From NCBI GenBank assembly GCA_964016885.1, contig OZ024749.1, positions 39,990,001 through 40,054,000 on the forward strand: a stretch of DNA of 64,000 nucleotides, read 5' to 3'. This DNA is from Eledone cirrhosa (taxonomy: Eukaryota). Every line of letters begins with the position of its first letter. The stretch's first letter is position 1. Below the pieces are notes generated by a model. It did not search any database, had not been told where the DNA came from, and worked only from the letters and a program-made list of their open reading frames with translations. The position numbers and the translations under genes were made by a program. Below are positions 16,321 to 28,155 of the stretch, piece after piece.

Positions 16321-16371
<51 letters not shown>

Positions 16372-16378
16372 TTTGATG

Positions 16379-16474
<96 letters not shown>

Positions 16475-16670
16475 TGTTTGATAGATAGAGAGATAGATTT
16501 CTTTATTTGCCTCAAGGGCACACAAGAAAAGGGGACAAAACAAAGACACATGCCGTGTAAAAATATTGACAATCGTGTAAAAATATTGAAACAAACAAAT
16601 TTAACAATCGAAATCCCCAATAGTTAGATAGACAGACAGACAGACAGATAAATGTTGGGTGGATAGACAA

Positions 16671-16730
<60 letters not shown>

Positions 16731-17036
16731 TGAGAATGAGAGAGAGAAAGAGAGATGTTTGATGGATAGATAGCTAGATAAAAGAAGGGGACAAATGCAA
16801 ATGGGGAGTTTACATACAATATAAACGTGTAAAATGTTATCACAATTGTAAATTAAAAATTAATCGATTTTCCCCAATAGGGGGGGGGGGGGGGGACATT
16901 TCATATGGATAACACATACCCCCGAAAAAATGTGCAACCCTCATCTCCAGGAGTACGAAGAGTTTGTACCCCTTTCCTCTCTTCCTCTTTTTCCTCAACC
17001 TACAGGCTGATATAGAGAGAAGGCCCAACCACTCGG

Positions 17037-17079
<43 letters not shown>

Positions 17080-17776
17080 GTTGGATGGACAGACAGATAG
17101 ATAGACAGATAGATAAATAAGTAGAGGGGTAGATACGGAGAGAGAAGAGAGGTGGGGGGAGAATGGAACAAGGAATGTGTAGGTTGTTGAACTGTAATAA
17201 AATACCAAGAATATTTTTAAAATCAAGTCATTAAAGGAACTGTCAGACCACCCAGGGTGGGTTGCAGGAATATTATATAATAAATTCTACCCAATTCAAC
17301 TTGATTGATGTGGAAGAGCAGAATTTAGGGAGATAGAAAAACATAGCGATAGAACATGGAGGATATATGATAGAGGGTACATATATATAGAGAGAGGGGG
17401 AGAGACAGGAGGAGAGGTGATAGAGAGAGAGGGGGGGGAGAGATGATAGAGGTTATATATAGAGAGAGAGGGGGAGACAAGAGGAGAGATGATAGAGAGA
17501 GATGGGAGACAGGAGGAGAGATGATAGAGAGAGAAGGGGAGACAGGAGGAGAGATGATAGAGAGAGAAGGGGAGACAGGAGGAGATATGATAGAGAGAGA
17601 GAAGGGGAGAGATGATAGAGGATATATATATAGAGAGAAGGGGACAAGAGGAGAGATGATAGAGGATATATATATATATAGAGAGAGAGAGGGGTGACAA
17701 GAGAAGACATGAGAGAGAGAGAAGGGGAGAGGAGAGATGGTAGAGGATATATATATATATAGAGAGAGAGGAGTCA

Positions 17777-19560
17777 TGTTGTTGTGGTGGTGGTCGTCGT
17801 GGTGCTGGTGATGATGGTGGTGATGGTGGTGGTCTTTGTTATTGTGGTGGTGGTGATGGTAGTGGTGGTGATAATGGTGTTAGTTGTTGTTGTTGTGTTG
17901 GTGATGGTGTTTGTTGTTGTGGTGTTTGGTGCCGTGGTGGTTATGATGGTAGTGGTGATGATAATGGTGTTTGTTGTTGTGGTAGTGGTGCTGGTTGTAG
18001 TGGTGATGGTAGTGGTGATAATGGTGTTTGGTGTTGTGGTGGTGATGGTAATGGTGATAATGGTGTTTGTTGTTGTGGTGGTGGTGATAGTTGTGGTGGT
18101 GATGGTAGTGGTGATAATGGTGTTTGGTGTTGTGGTAGTGGTGCTGGTTGTAGTGGTGATGGTAGTGGTGATAATGGTGTTTGGTGTTGTGGTGGTGATG
18201 GTAATGGTGATAATGGTGTTTGTTGTTGTGGTGGTGGTGATAGTTGTGGTGGTGATGGTAGTTGTGATAATGGTGTTTGGTGTTGTGGTAGTGGTGCTGG
18301 TTGTAGTGGTGATGGTAGTGGTGATAATGGTGTTTGGTGTTGTGGTGGTGATGGTAATGGTGATAATGGTGTTTATTGTTGTGGTGGTGGTGATAGTTGT
18401 GGTGGTGATGGTAGTGGTGATAATGGTGTTTGGTGTTGTGGTAGTGGTGCTGGTTGTAGTGGTGATGGTAGTGGTGATAATGGTGTTTGGTGTTGTGGTG
18501 GTGATGGTAATGGTGATAATGGTGTTTATTGTTGTGGTGGTGGTGATAGTTGTGGTGGTGATGGTAGTGGTGATAATGGTGTTTGGTGTTGTGGTAGTGG
18601 TGCTGGTTGTAGTGGTGATGGTAGTGGTGATAATGGTGTTTGGTGTTGTGGTGGTGATGGTAATGGTGATAATGGTGTTTGTTGTTGTGGTGGTGGTGCT
18701 GGTTGTAGTGGTGATGGTAGTGGTGATAATGGTGTTTTGTGTTGTGGTGGTGGTGCTAGTAATGGTGTTTGGTGTTGTGGTGGTGGTGCTGGTTGTAGTG
18801 GTGATGGTAGTGGTGATAATGGTGTTTGGTGTTGTGGTGGTGGTGGTGCTAGTAATGGTGTTTGTTGTTGTGGTGGTGGTGCTGGTTGTAGTGGTGATGG
18901 TAGTGGTGATAATGGTGTTTATTGTTGTGGTGGTGATGGTAATGGTGATAATGGTGTTTGGTGTTGTGGTAGTGGTGCTGGTTGTAGTGGTGATGGTAGT
19001 GGTGATAATGGTGTTTGGTGTTGTGGTGGTGGTGCTAGTAATGGTGTTTGGTGTTGTGGTAGTGGTGCTGGTTGTAGTGGTGATGGTAGTGGTGATAATG
19101 GTGTTTGGTGTTGTGGTGGTGGTGCTAGTAATGGTGTTTGTTGTTGTGGTGGTGGTGCTGGTTGTAGTGGTGATGGTAGTGGTGATAATGGTGTTTGGTG
19201 TTGTGGTGGTGATGGTAATGGTGATAATGGTGTTTGGTGTTGTGGTAGTGGTGCTGGTTGTAGTGGTGATGGTAGTGGTGATAATGGTGTTTGGTGTTGT
19301 GGTGGTGGTGCTAGTAATGGTATTTGGTGTTGTGGTAGTGGTGCTGGTTGTAGTGGTGATGGTAGTGGTGATGGTAGTGGTGATAATGGTGTTTGGTGTT
19401 GTGGTGGTGGTGCTAGTAATGGTGTTTGGTGTTGTGGTAGTGGTGCTGGTTGTGGTGGTGATGGTAGTGGTGATAATGGTGTTTGGTGTTGTGGTGGTGG
19501 TGCTAGTAATGGTGTTTGGTGTTGTAGTGGTGCTAGTAATGGTGGTGCTAGTATTACTGT
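17777..19560. repeat. GT-rich trinucleotide-derived minisatellite with modular repeats
   Basis: Modules such as gtgataatggtgtttggtgttgtggt and gtgctggttgtagtggtgatggta are reiterated for ~1.8 kb. Confidence 0.9.
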
Positions 19561-19689
19561 AGATCAGGGGTTTCCTAACACTGCTGCAGGTGATGAAGGA
19601 TGTATAAATGTTGCTCTTACTTCTAGTACTACAACCTTCCATACTAAGTTTGAAGTCGAAACGCATTTAACGAAATAGATATAATTATC

Positions 19690-19801
<112 letters not shown>

Positions 19802-20067
19802 AGTGGATCCGCGTTAATAATATCTATCACTATAACTATATAAATATATACATATACATGCATATGTTAATAACATACATACATACATGCATACATAAAT
19901 ACATACATTCAATAATACATGCATACACACACATACATACATACATACATACATACATACATACATACATACACACACACATATATACACACACACACAC
20001 ACATACATACATACATGCATACATACATACATACATACATACATACATACATACATACATACATACA

Positions 20068-20098
<31 letters not shown>

Positions 20099-20399
20099 GT
20101 GTGTGTTTGTGTGTTTGTGTCTGTGTACAAACACTGAAGATCTGAAATTAATTGTCCGAAAAATTCCTAACAATCTAGAACAAATAATCTGACATTTTAG
20201 CGATTTAAATGAACGCTGTTTCCTTAAAATAGAGATAGAAGACGCCATTACAGAGTCTTGAGAGAAAGGGTGAAGTCAACTGAAGACTTGCTTAATCAAA
20301 GATCTGAGAGAATTTCTAGAAATTATTCAATACACAAAGAATTGTGTTATTCCATGAATAGAAAAACAAACATTCAAAGAGAATTTCGAAAAAAAAAGC

Positions 20400-20884
20400 C
20401 ATCTTGAAATCGGTGGAAGTCGGACCTTCGTAGAGACCTGAAAATCCGCCTCTTCATTGATGTAGTGGAGTCTGTGCTGCTGTATGGGTCTGAGACTTGG
20501 ACACTGACCAAGAAACTCACTCAGATGGTGGATGGGTGCTACACGAGAATGCTGAGGATGGCTCTGAACATTAATCAGTATACACTGAGGATGAAAATCT
20601 CAGAGCTGTATGGGAGCCTCTCAAACGTCAGCTCAAAAGTGACACAGAGGAGACTGAGGTTAGCTGGACATGCTCACCGACATCCAGAGTTGACATTGCA
20701 CTCAGTGCTCCTTTGGGAGCCCCTACATGGACACACTAGAAGAGGAAGACCAAGGTTAACGTATGTTGATGCCCTAAGGACAGACACTGGTCTGTTGGAG
20801 ACGCAGGACATGGCAGCGATAATGAGGGACAGAGACCGCTGGAGAGAACTCGTCCATGGATCTCGGGAATTTTACCCGCCTTAG
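20400..20884 (+). mobile_element. RTE-clade LINE, 5'-truncated 3' end of ORF
   Basis: ESVLLYGSETWTL...RMLR...RRLRLAGH..R...[10 protein letters not shown] are canonical RTE C-terminal motifs. Confidence 0.92.
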
Positions 20885-20939
20885 AATAGAAAAAATATTG
20901 TTTTTTGTTTTATTTTCATATTTATTATTGTTTTTGTTG

Positions 20940-21375
20940 CTGAGTACCAGTAATGCACTGGGTATTTTGCTGGCCTTGTGCCAAAAGTAGAAATAATTAT
21001 TACTGTTATTATTGTTGTTGAGATTTAAACTAAGAACGTTACCTCCCTTTGCTGGGATTAGCTTTGCCTTTCATCCTTACAAGGGGTCGATAAGATAAAG
21101 TACCAGTCGCGTACTGGGGTCGATGTAATCGACTTTTTCCTCCCTAAAAATTGTTGGCCTTGTGCCGAAATCTGTAAACATTATTAGGATTGGCAGTATC
21201 GGTAGAGGGTCGGACGCCATGCTTTCCAGCATAGTTACGTCCCTTTACGGTCTGAGTTCAAATCCCGTCGAGGATAACTTTGCCTTTCCTCATTACGGGG
21301 TCGATAAAATAAAGTAGCAGTAATGTACTGAGAATTTGCTGGCCTTGTGCCTAAAAGTAGAAACAATTATTATTA
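20940..21375 (+). mobile_element. Cluster of SINE family 1 copies (tail fragment, partial, near full-length)
   Basis: Core and tail motifs at 20945, 21060-21185 and 21187-21375. Confidence 0.85.
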
Positions 21376-22163
21376 ATATTATTATTGCATCATTATCATC
21401 ACAGCCACCACCACCACCACCACCACCACCACCTGCACCACCACCTACACCACCATCATCATCATCACCATCCTCAGAGTAAATTCTCTCCCTTAAACAA
21501 TGTTCGTTTCGTATAATGTCTTATCAAAATAACTGCGGTGTGGATTTTCAATAAAATACGTATATAGATATGGGTTCGGCGATTATTGGAAAATCACACA
21601 AAGGTTCCGTACCCAAATAAGTCTGAGAACCGTTGTTCTAGAATGTACTTTTACAGCCCTACATTGTAAAGTAGGCTCTCACAAACTTACTTTCTAAAGT
21701 TACTTTATGCTGACCTACTTTCTAATTGGACTTGTAACGGAATGCCTGCAAATTCTCTCTGTGTCCCTGGAAAGTACGACTGACTTGCTAACTAAACGTC
21801 CCCTTTTAAACGCATGGCGTTCGTGAGAAAATTCATTTCAAATAAGGGGCGCTCAGGATCTTATTTCTAAAGTTACTTTATACTGCCGCCCTCCCTTTCA
21901 ATTGGACTCGTAATTGAGCCTGCAAATGTCTGCAAGCTTTGTGTCTCTCTCTCGAAACTACGGTTGATTTTCTACGGTTTTATTCAGCTATGTCTCAATA
22001 TATTTCATGTCTTAAGCAGAGTTTACAGCTGTTAGCAAACCCGACTTTTGCGAGGTAACGTCACTGTTTTATATCTGTTGTGTTTGTATGTATATATATG
22101 TGTGTGTGTGTGTGTGTGTGAAACAGTGACGTATATTATATATATGCATATGTATTTATATAA

Positions 22164-22194
<31 letters not shown>

Positions 22195-22197
22195 AGT

Positions 22198-22260
<63 letters not shown>

Positions 22261-22275
22261 CAAAGATATATAGAT

Positions 22276-22322
<47 letters not shown>

Positions 22323-22328
22323 CACACA

Positions 22329-22366
<38 letters not shown>

Positions 22367-22369
22367 CAT

Positions 22370-22440
<71 letters not shown>

Positions 22441-22559
22441 TACATACATATATATATATACATATATACATACATATATATATATACATATATACATACA
22501 CACATATATATATATATATATATACATATATATACATGTATCTGTGTAATATATATATT

Positions 22560-22592
<33 letters not shown>

Positions 22593-22679
22593 ATATATTT
22601 ATTAAAATAACAGATTAAAGTTTAAGCAAAGAATTTTGCTTTTAGTCTTCAAATTTATTATTATTACTATATATATATA

Positions 22680-22732
<53 letters not shown>

Positions 22733-22942
22733 CGGTATTTTAATATTTATTATACTGTTCAGCTAAACATTGTTGTTGTCTGTTCTGCTTTACGTGACCT
22801 CAGTTATTTCCAAAACAATGTCGTGTTACCAAGGAATTGCTCTTTGGTTCTTTGGTTATGTTTATGCCACATTCCTCGTAGTAATATATCTTAATACATT
22901 CTAAAATTACACAAACACTCACCACATATATACACACACACA

Positions 22943-23027
<85 letters not shown>

Positions 23028-23228
23028 TATATACATTATATATATATATATATATACAAATGAATATATGATAGGGATAAACACTGATACAAGTAAACAT
23101 GTGTTTGCACTGCAAATGACCAAGTTAGCTAGATTGAAAAATACTAATTAAAATAATACGGTAAAAGACTATTTGAGTTTATAACTGTATATATAATATA
23201 TATATATATATACATTATATATATATAC

Positions 23229-23325
<97 letters not shown>

Positions 23326-23355
23326 GTACATATGTACATATACTTATATATGTAT

Positions 23356-23404
<49 letters not shown>

Positions 23405-24039
23405 GTACATATGTACATATTATATGTATATATATATGTGTGAATGAATGAAGTAATTCCATCGGAAAAGTCCAGGAAAAAAGAGTGCTCTATGTAAGCA
23501 ACAGAGCTTAATTATTATTATTATGTAATAAACAACATAAGGCAATTATTCCATTTACCAGTGGTTTCTTAAAAGCAAAAGGTTTTGCTTTCAATCCTCA
23601 GAATGAAAAATCCTGGTTTGTTTATTGAATATGGATTCTAAAAACAAAAATGCAATCTATATGAAAGTGAGGCTGGAAAAGGGAGAAGGAAAGGAAAAAT
23701 AAATATATATATACATAAACTTATATATACATATACACACATATATATATATACATATTTATAACAAAAATATCTATACATATGTGTATAAAATAATTAT
23801 ACATATATAATATATATATATATATATATTATACTTGGGGGGGGGGGGGTCATATTTTTGTACTATTGCCAGAATTAATAACAGGACACACTCACTGTTT
23901 GGTTGGTTTTTGCTTCTCGCTGTCTTTTATATCTGCGATCTAACTTACTCGGTCCTCAATGTTGCCATTGACTGACCGACGGTCAAAAATAATACAGATA
24001 CAATATAGACACAAACACATATATATAGTTTACATAATT

Positions 24040-24080
24040 TACATAAATCTTTCGTTGCACATCTGCAACATCGTCAGTGG
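24040..24080 (-). ncRNA. Hammerhead motif downstream of the GIY-YIG ORF
   Basis: Minus strand reads CUGACGA-u-guugca/ugcaac-GAAA-gauu-UA. Stem I is weak. Confidence 0.6.
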
Positions 24081-24340
24081 TGTTATATTTTTTCCTCCTG
24101 TTGTGTTGTATGTCTACGCCATTTTTTATTCAGTCTGTCTATATATTTATTTATTTATTTGCTTGTTTGTTTATTTTATTTTGTCTTCTTTGCGCATGCG
24201 TTTGCGTGTGTGTATAGTGTTATATTTGCTGTGTGACTAGTGTGTATAGTGTTGTGTTTGCTGGGTGACTAGTGTGTGTTTATGTGCTTGTTGTTATTGT
24301 GCTTGTGTATGTATTTATTTATCTTATTTTATTTACTTAT

Positions 24341-24640
24341 TTATACTTCTCTTAGGTCAGTGTTGTTTGTTTGGGTGTTGTTGTTGTTCCACTCATTCTT
24401 TCTGTTTAGCTTTGGTCTTCTAATTTCTATTTCACTGGCCTCTCTGATTTGCCTATCTGCTGGGTCATTCCTATGTTTAGATATTATTCTAATTTCTATG
24501 TTGTCTATGTTACCGTCATGTTGTTGTCTAGCATGTTCGTATAGTACTGACCCGTTTTTTCGTCCTTTTAGTTCCCCCCAGTGTTGATCTATCCTTTCAC
24601 CTATGCTACGAGCTGTCTCAGCTATGTATGTTGTTGTCAT
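24341..24640 (-). pseudogene. GIY-YIG endonuclease C-terminal part of a Penelope-like element (5'-truncated)
   Basis: TYIAETARSIGERIDQH matches YIGET.R....R...H, and RQIREASEI...P.LN..NE matches PLE GIY-YIG motifs. Truncated at a (TA)n tract. Confidence 0.8.
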
Positions 24641-24702
24641 GTTTCTGCATATATATATATACATATTCATTAATACCTATCTAACTATACATGTACACAC
24701 AC

Positions 24703-24744
<42 letters not shown>

Positions 24745-24746
<2 letters not shown>

Positions 24747-24878
24747 GTTATTCCGGGTTGAATCGGAGGTAACCACAGTAAGTAAGGTACTCAATACATT
24801 GCAGAGTATAAAAGTTTTAATATAGATGAGATTCTACAGGACTAGAACTGTTTCATTCTTTAGAAATCACCAGGAATT
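24745..24878 (-). mobile_element. (TA)n-embedded element, family B, with mutated hammerhead (CUGGUGA)
   Basis: Homologous to 28017-28145 and 49375-49562. Confidence 0.75.
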
Positions 24879-24890
24879 TATATATATATA

Positions 24891-25255
24891 TAAAGAAAAG
24901 AAGATGAAATCGAAAATGCAACTGGAGTCTTATTTAAAAAAATATATATATATTTATTTGGTTCCTTTACCGGTTTCGCAGTTCTTCTGCTTTTCAAAAG
25001 TAGAGTTGAGATGGAGGGTCTGTGGTTTTTCTCACATCAGATGTGAGAAAAACTACAGACCCTCCATCTCAACTCTACTTTTGAAAAGTAGAAGAACTGC
25101 GAAACCGGTAAAGGAACCAAATAAATATATATATTTTTTTTAAAAATAAGACTCCAGTTGCATTTTCGATTTCATCTTTTTTTCTTTATACTTTCACTTG
25201 TGTAGGACACCTCGGTTATTTTTCATTTTGTAAAAAAAACCACACTTTCTAATAT
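24891..25255. mobile_element. Fold-back element: ~148-bp arms centred at 25040 plus one-sided tail, with a U3-A8 hammerhead in each arm
   Basis: 24891-25039 is the near-perfect reverse complement of 25041-25189. UUGAAAA-g(c/u)ag/cugc-GAAA-CCG-GUA occurs at 25081-25110 (+) and 24968-24997 (-). Confidence 0.8.
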
Positions 25256-25307
25256 ATATATATATACATATTTATTAATACCTATCTAACTATACATGAA
25301 CATACAC

Positions 25308-25424
<117 letters not shown>

Positions 25425-25594
25425 AATTAATTTCCTCATATTTTAATCAAATTATCGAATTACGAAATAGCAAAAACAACGAAACTAATTCTGTTTATTT
25501 TTATTATTATTCCTTCTGAACGTTACATTCTTTATAAAACATATGGCAATAACTGAGAACAACATAAAGATAAGAAGAAATTTAATTATTCTAG

Positions 25595-25690
25595 AATATA
25601 CCACTGGGAGAACTGACTTAGTTGGTTTACCGCCCATCATTAAGATATACTCAGCAGGACAACATATGACAGAAATCGGTAGGGTGTTGG
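25595..25690 (+). other. Candidate 96-nt symmetric (phase 1-1) coding exon of an unknown host gene
   Basis: Acceptor ttattctag, donor G|gtaaga, and open frame (E)YTTGRTDLVGLPPIIKIYSAGQHMTEIGRVL(G). No family recognised. Confidence 0.3.
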
Positions 25691-25920
25691 GTAAGATGGA
25701 TTGTTGTATTAATGGACTTACATTATATTCCAGTGGGAGATAAAATATGTACCAGTCAAATACTGGTGTCATTGCTTTCGACACTCGCTAAAAATATTTT
25801 TCATGTTTTTATTTTGCCTATAACAGAAAGGCAGTCAGAGACGGTGAGAGAAAGAGAGCTAAAGAGAGAAATTAGTAAACAGGTAGACGTACAGATAGAC
25901 TGACAGATAGTTTGATAAGT

Positions 25921-26006
<86 letters not shown>

Positions 26007-26020
26007 GGAGAAAGAGGGGG

Positions 26021-26055
<35 letters not shown>

Positions 26056-26199
26056 AATGATGCCTAAAGGAAAATAGAGGGAAAGTGGGTGTTGAAAAAA
26101 GAAGAGAAAGATATGGAATGTTGAAAAACTGAAAATCAGATCAGTTATGTATATTGTATACATAATGGTGTACATGTATGCTGTATATATATATATATA

Positions 26200-26257
26200 A
26201 TACCTGATGATGTCACCGGATTCATGCCGAACCTGGTCATTGAAATGATCGTAGTAT
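26200..26257 (+). ncRNA. Type I hammerhead motif at the start of a (TA)n-embedded island (26198-26448)
   Basis: Stem I atac/gtat, CUGAUGA, irregular stem II with accgg/ctggt, GAAA, near-palindromic ugaucg, and GUA. Confidence 0.6.
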
Positions 26258-26445
26258 AATAAACCTTTCAAGGATTTACACCAGTCCAGCCTCCTGTTGT
26301 TTTATAATAATTAACTCCGTACTCGCACCACCAACTACACAAACGAAGACGGGTGAGTTGCATTACCTTGAGTGCTCTCCATAATATTACATCGAGGTTG
26401 ACCCTACGGAATGACCAGTTCTATCCAGTGGTGAACCAACAAACC

Positions 26446-26488
<43 letters not shown>

Positions 26489-26497
26489 GAACGATCG

Positions 26498-26699
26498 ACT
26501 TTCGTCAAATCGGACCGAGGGAACAATGTTTCCGTTGGTCTTTCCAATTGCTAATTCTATCTATCGGTCGCAACTCCAGGTAGAAGGAGCAACGTGAAAT
26601 AAAGTGTCTTGCTCAAGGACATAACGCATCGCCTGGTCCAGGAATCGAACTCACAACCTTACGATTGCGAATCTAATTCTCTAACCACTCAGCCACACG

Positions 26700-26702
<3 letters not shown>
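26498..26702 (-). mobile_element. tRNA-derived SINE, family 3 (CORE-like)
   Basis: Reverse complement of 50516-50720. B-box gagttcgattcc and tgtccttgagcaagacacttta. Confidence 0.85.
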
Positions 26703-26768
<66 letters not shown>

Positions 26769-26806
26769 ACACGGGTGTGTATGATTGTGTATAGAAGATT
26801 ATATTA

Positions 26807-26933
26807 ATAAGAGGAATTCCAACTTTGTCTGATTTACTCGTTTTATTTACAATCCTTTAAAATACCAAAATACCATTATAAATTTTAAAGGATTGTAAAT
26901 AAAACGAGTAATCAGACAAAGTTGGAATTCCTC

Positions 26934-26938
<5 letters not shown>
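26807..26938. repeat. Inverted repeat, ~57-bp arms with 18-nt spacer
   Basis: aataagaggaattccaactttgtctga...cctttaaaat versus attttaaagg...tcagacaaagttggaattcctcttatt. Confidence 0.9.
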
Positions 26939-26972
<34 letters not shown>

Positions 26973-26977
<5 letters not shown>

Positions 26978-27632
26978 AGTGTAATTTTCTACACAAAACG
27001 AAGGTTATAGAGAAAATTGAGGTTGGTAATGGCACATGGAATATATAAGAGACAGAATACTTTTTTGTGAAAAAACATAATTTTATAAGGTAAGGAAATA
27101 ATAAAGGGTATAAAAAATGACCGGTTTCGATGGGTCTGCAAAAGCCATCTTTTCAAATGTTGATTAATATTAAGAAAAATTAATAATACGAAGAGTTAAA
27201 ATTTGAGACTTGAAAATTCAAGTATAAAATTCATTGTGGGATTTCATAGCAGTTTTCATCTAGGTAGCAACAACAGGTTGACTGCTGTGTCCCTTTCTGG
27301 TAGTGAATGAGAAGCTGTTTTCTAACAAGTTAGAAAACAGCTTCTCATTCACTTTCTGGTAGTGAATGAGAAGCTGTTTTCTAACAAATGAAAACTGCTA
27401 TGAAATCCCACAATGAATTTTATACTTGAATTTTCAAGTCTCAAATTTTAACTCTTCGTATTATTAATTTTTCTTAATATTAATCAACATTTGAAAAGAT
27501 GGCTTTTGCAGACCCATCGAAACCGGTCATTTTTTATACCCTTTATTATTTCCTTACCTTATAAAATTATGTTTTTTCACAAAAAAGTATTCTGTCTCTT
27601 ATATATTCCATGTGCCATTACCAACCTCAATT

Positions 27633-27637
<5 letters not shown>
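26973..27637. mobile_element. Fold-back element: ~250-bp arms, a U3-A8 hammerhead in each arm, and a nested inverted triplication in the spacer
   Basis: 27010-27259 is the reverse complement of 27388-27637. UUGAAAA-gaugg/ccauc-GAAA-CCG-GUC at 27491-27528. Confidence 0.8.
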
Positions 27638-27723
<86 letters not shown>

Positions 27724-27725
<2 letters not shown>

Positions 27726-27991
27726 CTTCTTCTTCGTTGACTTATTCCTGAGAGGGTCGTGGGGGCAGAGTACTCAAACAGTCCTTCCAGAAGCGAGTCC
27801 TGTCAGAAGCGACCGTCTCCAACTGATCCGGCTGGTTACCCAAGCGTGACCAATCAAGCTCATGGATGCTATCCAACCATCTTGCTCGGAGTTTACCCCT
27901 GGAACTCTTGTCGGTTGTTTTTGCCCGTAGTCCCCGATTTGAACGATCACAGCTCCGATACTATGGGCATGTGGTTAGAATGTCTCAGGAT
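27724..27991 (-). mobile_element. Second RTE-clade LINE 3' end with inverted 5' segment
   Basis: Minus strand encodes KSSRGKLRARWLDSI..L.WSRLG..P..LETVASDR..FWK..LSTLPPRPSQE* with a (GAA)n tail. Plus strand ~27940-27990 encodes ERSQLRYYGHVVRMSQD. Confidence 0.75.
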
Positions 27992-28016
27992 ATATATACG
28001 CTGAGACATGTATATA

Positions 28017-28145
28017 TCCTGATGATATCTCCCGAATGAAACAGTTCTCGTCCTGTAGAAGCCATTTTTATATTAAATATTTATACTCTGCTATGTATTG
28101 AGTACCTTACTTACTGTGGTTACCCCCGATTGAACCCAGGATATA
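28017..28145 (+). mobile_element. Family B element with hammerhead core
   Basis: CUGAUGA...GAAACAG...CUGUA at 28019-28057. Tail homologous to the 24745 and 49375 copies. Confidence 0.7.
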
Positions 28146-28155
28146 CTTATATATT

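Noticed and set aside
27766-27776. Additional TTGAGTAC motif instance
   Set aside because: It lies within RTE coding sequence, so it was excluded from the tail-motif count.
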